From the IMG/VR virus record IMGVR_UViG_3300037312_001617, positions 1 to 64,000 of that record: DNA of 64,000 nt. One strand, written 5' to 3'. Of the stretch, positions 51,901 to 60,677 are shown one piece after another. The notes under the pieces are model-generated. The model ran no database searches and had not been told where the DNA came from. It saw nothing but the letters and a program-made list of their open reading frames with translations. Source of the DNA: an uncultured virus (IMG/VR IMGVR_UViG_3300037312_001617). Its lineage: Duplodnaviria; Heunggongvirae; Uroviricota; Caudoviricetes. Position 1 is the first letter of the stretch; every line of letters begins with the position of its first letter. Position numbers and translations under genes: made by a program.

Positions 51901-52439
51901 AATTACATCCTCCTATAATTTCATAATTACAAAACTAGAAAATTAATAAATTATGTCATCCGAATTTCTTCTGTACCAAATAACGGCCATCTCCAAAATC
52001 CTTTTCTATTTCACAAGGGAGTACAATAATTTGTTTTCCTTTGAACTTATATTGTTCAGGATTATATCCAATGGCTGGGCGAACATCCATAAATGCATTT
52101 CGTTCTACTGGGGTGAATAATAATACTCCATTGTAATTTTTATCTGTGATTTTCATAATAAGCAACCTCCATATCCATTATTGTTATCAATGACCGGGGG
52201 TCCGTGGAATAGGGAGTGCGTGCCATGATTTCGCACGCATCCCCATCACATACCGACAACAACACAAGTTCACTCATGTGATCTAGGCTCTCCCCTTAAA
52301 TATCCTTTTGCTAGGGCAATGAGTAAATCAATTTCTTCTAATTTAATGCGACCACGCTTATAGTTGATTATGATTTTATCGAGTTCTGAGTTTAATTTTT
52401 CTCGAGCAATCTCCTGTTTAGTTTTAACAACTGTTTCGT

Positions 52440-52646
52440 TCATGCGTAAACCCTCCTTCTATTTTTGACTGGAATCAATGATGCACGAATGGATTCTCGT
52501 ACAGCTGATTCTTTTACAACACGGGGACCATCATAGTAATTACCGATAAATTGGCCATTCACATAACGGTAATGACGGAATCCAGAATTCTTTCCGCTTT
52601 TCATTCCTTGAATGTAGCGATCGACGATATTATCTCTAATACTCAT
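52440..52646 (-). CDS. Hypothetical protein
   Basis: GGGAG RBS. Confidence 0.55.
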   Translation of the reverse strand: MSIRDNIVDRYIQGMKSGKNSGFRHYRYVNGQFIGNYYDGPRVVKESAVRESIRASLIPVKNRRRVYA

Positions 52647-52698
52647 TTAAAGCACTCCCTTTGTAATTTTGTAATTATGAAAATAGAAAAAGAGGTGA

Positions 52699-53862
52699 TT
52701 ATGCAATCTCCTCTTTGTTTTCATGAAGTTTCTTTAATTGTTCTAAACGTTGCTGGCGTTCTTTCCAGAAAGTTTCATTACTTGCTTTGATTTCATCCAT
52801 TTGTTGTTTCTCAAATTTACCTAATCGGGCATTGAAAGGTGGGTTCGTGGTCATAATGTCAAACCCAAGTTCTCGTGCTTGTGCAGCTACAATTTGTACC
52901 TTGAGGTCATATGGAAGCGAATCCCATGATTGAAACATATATTCGTCGTATTCAAAAATTTCACGCTTTCGAAGATCATATGGACTCAGGAAAACTTCTA
53001 TCCATTCGCTTCCATCATCGAAAATGTCTACAGGTGCTTTGTGTTCTCCAAGTAAAGAATTGCCCCAGTAAATACGTGTATTGGTTTTAAACTCGAAGTA
53101 TTTATTGATGGTTAAGGTTTCGGGATCTGCATGCAATCCAATAATAGGTCCTGGAACATACAACAATGAAGGCATATATAGAAAGGCTTGTATGCTTGCA
53201 ACTTTGACCATTGTCAGACTCAGGTCAGCTCCCACTAAATTAAGTGAACGAGAGGGCAGAACCATTGCACCTGCCCCAATACAAGGTTCATATTGACTGG
53301 AAGTTCTGTCATCATTGTCTGCAAACACCATCATGTTTATGGCTTTGGTGATGTCTATAGGAGTTGGAAAGTAATCTAAATGACCACTTTGGCCATGTTC
53401 CCCAATGAAATGGGAAAAGTAATCTGCCGGCTCCTTTATAAGAAGACGGATATCAAACGTTTCATATAGAATCTGCCAAAGACGGTCAGGTATTTTCGGT
53501 GCTTTGAACCAAGCAATACCTAAACCATATCCAATCCATTCAATGAATTCCCAAAGTCGGTGTCCTTGGGCATAAACCCATTTCATGCAATTCTCTAACA
53601 TTTTCTCCCCGATACCTCTTCGACTACGGTCCGTAGTTACAACTGTCTCTGGCATTTGATAAGGATCATCCATATGTCTTCGGGCATTGATCAGCAGCCA
53701 TTCATACCATCGTCCTTCAAATTCTGTATCGGCTTTTAAAGCAATTCCACGCATCCAGCCAAATCGTTTTGAGTCTTCAACGGATTGAGCTGGATCGATC
53801 CAAAGAGGATGTTTCTCTAACTCTGATAAACGATACTGAATTCTCTCAGGTAATTGATTCAT
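52699..53862 (-). CDS. Orphan N6-adenine DNA methyltransferase-like protein
   Basis: YFPTP, YEPCIGAGAM (motif I), GNSL, FDIMTTNPPF (motif IV). Confidence 0.78.
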   Translation of the reverse strand: MNQLPERIQYRLSELEKHPLWIDPAQSVEDSKRFGWMRGIALKADTEFEGRWYEWLLINARRHMDDPYQMPETVVTTDRSRRGIGEKMLENCMKWVYAQGHRLWEFIEWIGYGLGIAWFKAPKIPDRLWQILYETFDIRLLIKEPADYFSHFIGEHGQSGHLDYFPTPIDITKAINMMVFADNDDRTSSQYEPCIGAGAMVLPSRSLNLVGADLSLTMVKVASIQAFLYMPSLLYVPGPIIGLHADPETLTINKYFEFKTNTRIYWGNSLLGEHKAPVDIFDDGSEWIEVFLSPYDLRKREIFEYDEYMFQSWDSLPYDLKVQIVAAQARELGFDIMTTNPPFNARLGKFEKQQMDEIKASNETFWKERQQRLEQLKKLHENKEEIA

Positions 53863-54020
53863 TAGATTACCTCCCGGTCAATTTTATTTTCTAATTCAAA
53901 TAACTTGATTGTGTACCACTCAACATCTTCGGGTTTCATCGTTCTTGCTGATTTAAGAATGGTTTCAATAAAAGCGATCATCCTTTTGATTGCTGTGTTT
54001 CTTTGATGTATATAATCCAT
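53862..54020 (-). CDS. Small protein (52 aa, MDYIHQRNTAIKRM...), paralogue of 20888..21034
   Basis: Hand-translated; AAGGAG RBS; TAATG coupling to MTase. Confidence 0.65.
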   Translation of the reverse strand: MDYIHQRNTAIKRMIAFIETILKSARTMKPEDVEWYTIKLFELENKIDREVI

Positions 54021-54090
54021 TTCTAATTAACTCCTTTCATAAATATGAAATTAGAAAAATAACAAAAAATAAAAAGGCATAGTTTTATAA

Positions 54091-54219
54091 CTATGCCTTA
54101 ACTGCTGGTTGCTGAATTCCTTGAGATTCATGTTTCATAATAGTCTTACAGATTTGAATATACCGTTCTGCATTTTTCTTTCCCACCAATTTAATTAGTT
54201 CAGCTTTTCCATTTGTCAT
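54091..54219 (-). CDS. Small protein (42 aa, MTNGKAEL...)
   Basis: Hand-translated; AAGGAG RBS behind leader cassette. Confidence 0.55.
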   Translation of the reverse strand: MTNGKAELIKLVGKKNAERYIQICKTIMKHESQGIQQPAVKA

Positions 54220-54384
54220 GTTGAACACGCTCCTTTTGTAATTATGAAAATAGTAAAAGAGACAATTATGTTAACTTGTCTCTTTTATCTCCACTGTTCT
54301 TATAACACGTTTTTTTGATTTTTTGTAAAATTTTCAGACAACTGAAATCGTTTCCATTAGAATAAAAAAAAGGAGGTATCGGCT

Positions 54385-54486
54385 ATGAAACATTTAGAAC
54401 TATCTGATCAAGAACCTCAAGAGGAAGAAAAAAGGGAGGAAGAGGATACTTTTGAATATGACTATAATAAGCGAATATGGTTTTAA
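54385..54486 (+). CDS. Acidic peptide (33 aa, MKHLELSDQEPQEEE...)
   Basis: AAGGAGGT RBS; followed by bidirectional terminator. Confidence 0.5.
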   Translation: MKHLELSDQEPQEEEKREEEDTFEYDYNKRIWF

Positions 54487-54520
54487 AATAAAAAAAGGTA
54501 TCCTGCGCAGGATACCTTTT

Positions 54521-54757
54521 TTAACTTTCTTTAAACCCTATATCATCGATGGTGTTCAATAACTTTTTTCGGTCATTTGGTCGCAAAGTATCAAGAACTT
54601 CCACTTCCTTGGCTGCCATGACTTTAATGGCTTCCATCATTTTTTGATGTGTTTTTGGTCCAATTCCAGGGATGCCATGAATAGCAGTTTCAACTAAATC
54701 CCAAGTGTCATTGCATCCTTTAATATACGAACGAAGTAACTTTTCTGACATCCCCAT
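54521..54757 (-). CDS. Helix-hairpin-helix protein
   Basis: IHGIPGIGPKT. Confidence 0.65.
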   Translation of the reverse strand: MGMSEKLLRSYIKGCNDTWDLVETAIHGIPGIGPKTHQKMMEAIKVMAAKEVEVLDTLRPNDRKKLLNTIDDIGFKES

Positions 54758-54769
54758 TTGTAGATCCCC

Positions 54770-55438
54770 TTACTGTTTAATCGTTACCCAATTTTTTTTG
54801 ATGGCCAAAAGGACTGCATTAGTGCGATCCTCTACTTTTATCTTTTGGAAAATACTGGTCATATGGTTTTTTACGGTTTTTTCGCTAATATGCAAATACT
54901 CTGCCATAGATCCGTTACTGTGCCCATCGGCTAACAACTGTAACACTTCGCATTCGCGTACAGTTAAAATTTCGAGTGGGGGATGTGCCTCTAAAGTATC
55001 AGCTTGGTTTTTTCCCACTAACGCATCGATGACAAACCCTGTTACCTCTGGGTGTAGATATTGATGTCCTTTAACCACTTGTGTAATTGCTCCAATTAAT
55101 TCAGGAGGAGTTGTTTCTTTTATGATATAACCAGATGCTCCGTTTTTTAATGAGTCGATCACATAAGATTTTTCTGCATGAACGGAAAGCATCACTACTT
55201 TTGTATTTGGATGAAGGGTAACGATTTCCTTGGTTGCTTCAATTCCGTCCATCTCAGGCATATTTACATCCATTAACACGATGTCTGGCTTTAATGTATC
55301 GACAAGATTTAATGCTTCAATTCCATTTGTTGCAGAACCAACCACTTCAAAAGACGGTTCGTTGTCCAGTATACTTTTGACTCCTTCTCTAAAAAAAAGA
55401 TGGTCGTCAACAAGGATGATCCTTGTAATTTTAATCAT
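54770..55438 (-). CDS. degU: Orphan NarL/LuxR response regulator, DegU homologue
   Basis: DDH.FREGVK.ILD.EP.FEVV, MDVNMP, YLHPEVT, ILT.RECEVLQLLADG.SN, ISEKTVKNH, AIKKNWV match B. subtilis DegU as recalled. Confidence 0.8.
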   Translation of the reverse strand: MIKITRIILVDDHLFFREGVKSILDNEPSFEVVGSATNGIEALNLVDTLKPDIVLMDVNMPEMDGIEATKEIVTLHPNTKVVMLSVHAEKSYVIDSLKNGASGYIIKETTPPELIGAITQVVKGHQYLHPEVTGFVIDALVGKNQADTLEAHPPLEILTVRECEVLQLLADGHSNGSMAEYLHISEKTVKNHMTSIFQKIKVEDRTNAVLLAIKKNWVTIKQ

Positions 55439-55575
55439 GTTTTTTCACCCCGAAATGTAATGTCTCCTCACACTTATTCTGTCTATGTTACTTTAGTCCT
55501 AAACAAATTGTAGCACCTAGCTCGTTCTTTTACAAGTCGTTTGAAAAAATGATACAATTATGTTTATGTTGAATC

Positions 55576-55735
55576 ATGTTCCAAATCTTCATAGATTCAT
55601 AGGTTGTTCACGCACTATAACAGAGGAAACCCCTTAACGGCTCACGCTTATTGTTAGTAGGGGAAGTCTTGGATAACCATATACATAATGGGTAGGAACC
55701 AACATAATTTCAAACATATTGAAAATTTGGAACAA
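55576..55735. promoter_or_regulatory. Inverted pair of Ter-like RTP sites upstream of rtp
   Basis: ATGTTCCAAATCTTCA (55576, +) and TTGTTCCAAATTTTCA (55720-55735, -) resemble the Ter core ATGTACCAAATGTTCA. Confidence 0.6.
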
Positions 55736-55754
55736 TGTTCATAAGGAGGAAATC

Positions 55755-56114
55755 GTGGGAAAGGATAGCGGTTTTTTAATGAAACAACGAGCCTTCTTAA
55801 AACTGTGCTTAATTGGTGAGACAGAGAAGGGGCGCCTTTACGGATTGAGCTTCTGGAAAAAAATACGTGAAGATTATGGGGATGCTTGCGAATATCGTCC
55901 TACGCATACGGAGATATATAAAGCGCTGCATGATCTAATTGACGATGGAGTTCTCAAACGGGAAAAAAGAGTCAAAGAGGGAATGAAGTATCAGGAAGTA
56001 GTGTACTATGTTTTTCAAGATTACAGCAAAGCCCAGCTTTACAAAAAACAATTGAAGGTGGAGCTGGAACGGAATATTAAAATTCTAAAGAAAGCGTTGA
56101 AGGATAATTATTGA
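55755..56114 (+). CDS. rtp: Replication termination protein
   Basis: GFLMKQRAFLKL..RLYGL..PTHTEIY.ALHDL.DDG...QEVV.Y.F.DY..A.LYKKQLKVEL; AAGGAGG RBS, GTG start. Confidence 0.92.
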   Translation: MGKDSGFLMKQRAFLKLCLIGETEKGRLYGLSFWKKIREDYGDACEYRPTHTEIYKALHDLIDDGVLKREKRVKEGMKYQEVVYYVFQDYSKAQLYKKQLKVELERNIKILKKALKDNY

Positions 56115-56156
56115 AAAAAACAGAGGGCAAACGCCCCCTGTTTTTTTATTATACTG

Positions 56157-56522
56157 TCATCCATCATCCTTCCTTTTCTCCGTATCTTTTAAATAATCAG
56201 TTAATACAGCTACAGCGGACTTTAAGAAACATAATAAAAAATCTTTCATCAGTGATTTGTATTTAGCTGTAAAAACCTTTTTATGATTTCCAGCAAAATA
56301 AAGTTTGACTTCGCCACCTGAACGGTCAAACCTCATTTCAGCAAAACGAATGGTTTCCTTATCTTTTTCCCCCGAATAATCGATAGCAATGTATCCATCA
56401 TTTTTAAATTTCTCTTTATACTTTCCGTACCATTCTTGAGCGATTGTTACCGCATCTTCATCAGTGTCCCGTAATATGGTCTTCTCCAATGAACCTTTAT
56501 AGATTAATGAAATGACATACAA
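56157..56522 (-). CDS. Hypothetical protein
   Basis: GGGAGG RBS, TTG start. Confidence 0.6.
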   Translation of the reverse strand: MYVISLIYKGSLEKTILRDTDEDAVTIAQEWYGKYKEKFKNDGYIAIDYSGEKDKETIRFAEMRFDRSGGEVKLYFAGNHKKVFTAKYKSLMKDFLLCFLKSAVAVLTDYLKDTEKRKDDG

Positions 56523-56806
56523 CTATTGACGCCTCCCCCGTACATAAATAAAAAATCAGTTCCACCTCCTTTTTAGTTTTATAATTATGAAATTAGAAAA
56601 GGAGACAATATTACAATTGTCTCCTTTACCATTTTCCTTATAACACTTTCTTAAAATGCGAGCGTTCGATGAAAAAATATGAATATTTTTATTAACCCAA
56701 GAATACAAACAAGTATTTTGTTCATAAGATTTAGAAAAGGGGGTTATTTATCGCAAGAAAATTGTGAATTCAAAAAATGGAAAATCTATTTTAAGATAGA
56801 AAAAAA

Positions 56807-56949
56807 TCATTACTGACTCATTACTCAGTTATTATTCATTCCCGTAAAAACGTTGTCTATCTCGTTACTAAGGTCATTACTGAGCTTTCAGTAATTACTC
56901 GAAAGGCCAGTAATGAAAAAAAGGTGACCTTCTAGCTCATCAGTAATGA
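56807..56949. repeat. Array of TCATTACT(G/C)A boxes, four direct then three inverted
   Basis: Direct at 56807, 56818, 56862, 56874; inverted at 56888, 56907, 56940. Confidence 0.6.
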
Positions 56950-57025
56950 AGTTAAGAATTACTTTCTTGAAAAAGGAATCAGTTAGAAGGGTCTAAATAA
57001 AAATTGTAAAAAGAGGAAGGTTATT

Positions 57026-57670
57026 ATGTATAGAATTACATCCACGTTTCAAGCAAAAGAATCCATCAGAGATTTTCATCCTCATTCTGGAATTGACTTT
57101 GCGCTACCTTTGAATGAGCCGATACGTTCAATCAGAGATGGTGTTGTTGAAAAAATTACTCATTATAAAGGAAACATTGGTAATGGGGTTTTAGTTCGGT
57201 GGGATGACGGGAAGGTTTCTATTTACGGTCACATGAATAAGGTTAACGAAAGCCTTCATGTTGGTGATCAGATTCATGCCGGAGAACTGCTCGGATTCGC
57301 GGGCTCCAGTGGCCATAGTTCGGGCGTACATCTCCATTTTGGCCTCAAAGAAGGAGGAAGATTTATTGATCCTTCCCCCTACATTAACGATATACAGAGC
57401 ATGAACATGAAACAATATGTGCAGCAAGCACCTGTAGTTACCCAATTGAAAATGAACTTTATGGAATATATGCAAATGCATATGAACGCAGTTAATGATT
57501 CATTATCAAACCTAAATCTTCACTTCATCAATTTCTTATCTCAAGCGAAGCTTCATTTAATTTCTTCTTTACTTGACAATTCTTTGTTCTTCCAAGTATT
57601 CAAGCAAATTTATCAATTCACGGCGACTCATTCCAGTTCGATCTATGACATAATCACTCACATCATCTAA
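57026..57670 (+). CDS. M23 family metallopeptidase
   Basis: HSGID, YGHM, GSSGHSSGVHLHF, IDP. Confidence 0.9.
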   Translation: MYRITSTFQAKESIRDFHPHSGIDFALPLNEPIRSIRDGVVEKITHYKGNIGNGVLVRWDDGKVSIYGHMNKVNESLHVGDQIHAGELLGFAGSSGHSSGVHLHFGLKEGGRFIDPSPYINDIQSMNMKQYVQQAPVVTQLKMNFMEYMQMHMNAVNDSLSNLNLHFINFLSQAKLHLISSLLDNSLFFQVFKQIYQFTATHSSSIYDIITHII

Positions 57671-57727
57671 ACGGTCTTCCCAAATGGATGTAGTATCAGT
57701 TGTGAACCAGCTGCCAAATTGTATCAT
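57569..57727 (-). CDS. Small HTH-like protein (52 aa) overlapping M23 3' end
   Basis: Hand-translated; AAGGAG RBS; IDRTGMSRRELINLLEYLEEQRIV. Confidence 0.5.
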   Translation of the reverse strand: MIQFGSWFTTDTTSIWEDRLDDVSDYVIDRTGMSRRELINLLEYLEEQRIVK

Positions 57728-57887
57728 GTTATCTCAGCTCCTTCTTAATTAATTGTCGTCGTTGTTGCCAATGATTTCTTCGATTTTGCTATCGCGATCT
57801 TTATTAAGAGTGAACATCATTTTTAATGACCTCCTGCTGTGTTGGTTGGTATGAGTATAGTATGGAACTTTTTAAGGAGTGTTATAC

Positions 57888-58325
57888 ATGTCTAATTACA
57901 AAAAAATCACGATTTTTTTAAATGAAAATATTTACAAAGAAATTAACGACATCATTGAGTATCGAAATAAACGTATTCAATACGATAAAGAAGATAAAAA
58001 AGTATCAAGCATTGAAGAGTTTGTCACAGGCAGTGCGATCCAGGTGCTCAAATGGTTAAAACATGAAGAATCTTTTGCTGGCATGGATGATTTAGGAAAA
58101 CCTTACCGACTTGAAAATTCCTTTAAGAAAATCATGACAAAAAAAGGAATGAGAGGTAAGGATCTATCGGAAATAACGAATATCCATCACGGTAATATAA
58201 GTTCTATCCTGAATAATAAAAACCAACCTTCACTGGATTATTTTCTCCGTATCTGGATAGCTTTGGGTTGCCCTCCACTTAATGAGTGCCTTCACCGTAT
58301 TAAAGATGAAGAGGAACAAGAATAA
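57888..58325 (+). CDS. Transcriptional regulator, RHH-like N-terminus + XRE HTH
   Basis: KKITIFLNENIY; KDLSEITNIHHGNISSILNNKNQPSL. Confidence 0.8.
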   Translation: MSNYKKITIFLNENIYKEINDIIEYRNKRIQYDKEDKKVSSIEEFVTGSAIQVLKWLKHEESFAGMDDLGKPYRLENSFKKIMTKKGMRGKDLSEITNIHHGNISSILNNKNQPSLDYFLRIWIALGCPPLNECLHRIKDEEEQE

Positions 58326-58582
58326 TTGTGATTTAAAAAAAAAATTTTGAAAGTACAAATTCATTTCTGGGCACAGTTGCATATAATACAGTAATTGAAA
58401 AGGAGGTTTTAGCATATGATTACAGCTTTAATTGGTATTCAAACCACATGCGTCATCGTAGCGAGCAGCTACGTTATTAAACATTTTAGACCGAAAATGG
58501 CTAAGTTAAAAGTGCATTCTAAATCCAAAGGATTCAAACATTACAAGTCATTCTAAAAAATCACAAATTGGAGGTTGCCATT

Positions 58583-58786
58583 ATGACGTTTGTAATCATG
58601 ACAGCCATAAAGTTGGGAGCGGTGCTAGGAACTGGAATTGCGCTTTCAGCTGCATTTTCTCAATTCCACAGTTATGAATGGAAACCAAAGTCAAAGAATA
58701 AGAAAGAAAAGGGTGAATCTGATGGTTCTTCGAAAGCAACAAAAGTTGGTGAGGCTTTGCGTCAAAAATCCGGATCCGCTAACTAA
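58583..58786 (+). CDS. Small membrane protein
   Basis: GGAGGT RBS; N-terminal TM. Confidence 0.55.
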   Translation: MTFVIMTAIKLGAVLGTGIALSAAFSQFHSYEWKPKSKNKKEKGESDGSSKATKVGEALRQKSGSAN

Positions 58787-59288
58787 TTATTGCTATTCCT
58801 CTCCCATCTCTATAGATGACGGAACGGTTGGTATTAATTCAATAAATTTTCATATCCCAACATTACTAGAGGAGGTGAAAAATCTTCCAAGAAAGAAAAT
58901 AAAGGAATACAAACGAATCATTCAGACATTTCTAACCACGGCAACCAGCTTCATGGCATTACCATTAAAATCAATGGCAAACACATTGCCAAGCACAACG
59001 GCGTCCACACTACCAACTCATGCCGAAGGGATTCCTCCAGAATTACTGGATCTTCTCTTAAAACTTTTGGTGATTTCAGTGGGGTCAGCGGTAATATTTG
59101 CGGCCATTCTTTTGGTAGCAGCGGGAGTAAAGAGGATGTTGGGAAATCGGAAAGAATCGAGCGAATGGACTGTCGATATTCTGAAAGGACTTGTGCAAGT
59201 AATGGTAGCCGTACCAGTCGTATTCATGATTTATTACGTGGTAAGTCTTCTCTTCAAGGGGTCAGGATGGTTCATCAGTCCTTTCTGA
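58638..59288 (+). CDS. VirB2/TrbC pilin-like membrane protein (true start uncertain)
   Basis: Signal-like segment then two TMs separated by RKESSEW..DILKGL. Confidence 0.55.
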   Translation: MRFQLHFLNSTVMNGNQSQRIRKKRVNLMVLRKQQKLVRLCVKNPDPLTNYCYSSPISIDDGTVGINSINFHIPTLLEEVKNLPRKKIKEYKRIIQTFLTTATSFMALPLKSMANTLPSTTASTLPTHAEGIPPELLDLLLKLLVISVGSAVIFAAILLVAAGVKRMLGNRKESSEWTVDILKGLVQVMVAVPVVFMIYYVVSLLFKGSGWFISPF

Positions 59289-60424
59289 AGAAAATCGCTA
59301 TACCGTTTACAGCTATAAGTACTGTCAGTCTAACGTCTTTCTTTAAAACAGCTCAGGCTGCAACCTTATCTGATGTCATTTTTCAAAAAAACGGCGTACT
59401 CACTCATGATTTTAGTGGTCAACACAATGGCGGAGGTTTTTCCATTGTAAACACCACAAAAACTGTTTACAACAACATCGAATATATCACAGGAAAGATA
59501 ATCGCATTTTTTGATTGGATTAATAATATACCTGGCTCCTTACCAAAGTACACCGCAGACCTATTCACCAGTGTTTATCACTTCTTAGCAAAGATCGCGC
59601 TACAAACTCCTCTAATCATCTTTGACAATCCATTTATTAAAAACACTTCTCTAACCTTTTCCCTTCTTTCTATCTCACTAGTCACTTTCTTATTGATATA
59701 CGAGTCATTCATGAAGATGTTGGGCAAAAAGCATACAGACTTAAAGAAATTCGCAAAACGTTATGCCATTGCCGTAACAGCTTCGGGATTTGCTCCTTTT
59801 GCTTTCAAAGAAGGATTTTCTCTTCTAAATGAACTATCAAATGCCATAATGAAAATCGGCGGCGGAATAGATGGCGGCAATATAAATGGTTTAATTTCAG
59901 GGGAAACCGTAGGATTCTTTGACACCTTGATTATCATCTTGTTTGATTTAACAACGATTGCTCTTTTAATTCCAGTATGCCTTCAAGCGGGCAGAAGATG
60001 GTGGGATTTATTTTGTTTGGCGGCTGTCACTCCACTGGCTCTTTCTTGCTACGTGTTCGATAGGCACCAGCATTATTACAAACTTTGGTGGAACAGAGTA
60101 AAGTCTTTATCAATGGTCCAGCTGGTATATTCAGTGTTTATCTTAATGATGGGGATCTTCATCTTTGCAACTCAATCCATGCAAGGCGGAATTTATACGC
60201 TTTTCATCAAACTACTTATAGTCGCAGGAGGGCTTTACAGATTAGCAAATCCACCACGATTTGTTACAAAAATGACAGGAGACAAAAAGGACTTATTGGA
60301 TTCATTCGAGGAAGGAAGAGACGCGTTTAAGTCTACGAAAAAGATACTTCTTTTTAAAGATAAGAAATTCAATCCAGTAAAAAAGTTCGCTGGAAATTTA
60401 GTGAAATGGAAGAATAAGCCATGA
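59267..60424 (+). CDS. VirB6/TrbL-like polytopic membrane protein
   Basis: Signal peptide, multiple TMs, RWWDL..L...TPLAL...F......WW...K.LS motif. Confidence 0.7.
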   Translation: MVHQSFLKKIAIPFTAISTVSLTSFFKTAQAATLSDVIFQKNGVLTHDFSGQHNGGGFSIVNTTKTVYNNIEYITGKIIAFFDWINNIPGSLPKYTADLFTSVYHFLAKIALQTPLIIFDNPFIKNTSLTFSLLSISLVTFLLIYESFMKMLGKKHTDLKKFAKRYAIAVTASGFAPFAFKEGFSLLNELSNAIMKIGGGIDGGNINGLISGETVGFFDTLIIILFDLTTIALLIPVCLQAGRRWWDLFCLAAVTPLALSCYVFDRHQHYYKLWWNRVKSLSMVQLVYSVFILMMGIFIFATQSMQGGIYTLFIKLLIVAGGLYRLANPPRFVTKMTGDKKDLLDSFEEGRDAFKSTKKILLFKDKKFNPVKKFAGNLVKWKNKP

Positions 60425-60677
60425 TATTACTGAAATTAGGTTTGTTAGCTGTACTTGGTAAAAAGTTCTATGGTGCTCTTATATACGCTCAATTGATACA
60501 GCACACAGTCAATTCGATTAAGAAAAAGATTGATAAAAAATTGGAGGTTTCAGCATGATGATAGGAACAGCTACGTTAATTTTAATTCTAAACACCACTA
60601 TGATTTTGGCTAATACAACAGTTTTATTGGTTAGTGGCGCTAAGATTTTGAAAGAAGTTAGAAAAGAGGATTAACCT

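Noticed and set aside
58361..58387. Possible sigmaE promoter TCATTTC..CATATAAT
   Set aside because: Spacing is short and the -10 equally fits sigmaA TATAAT.
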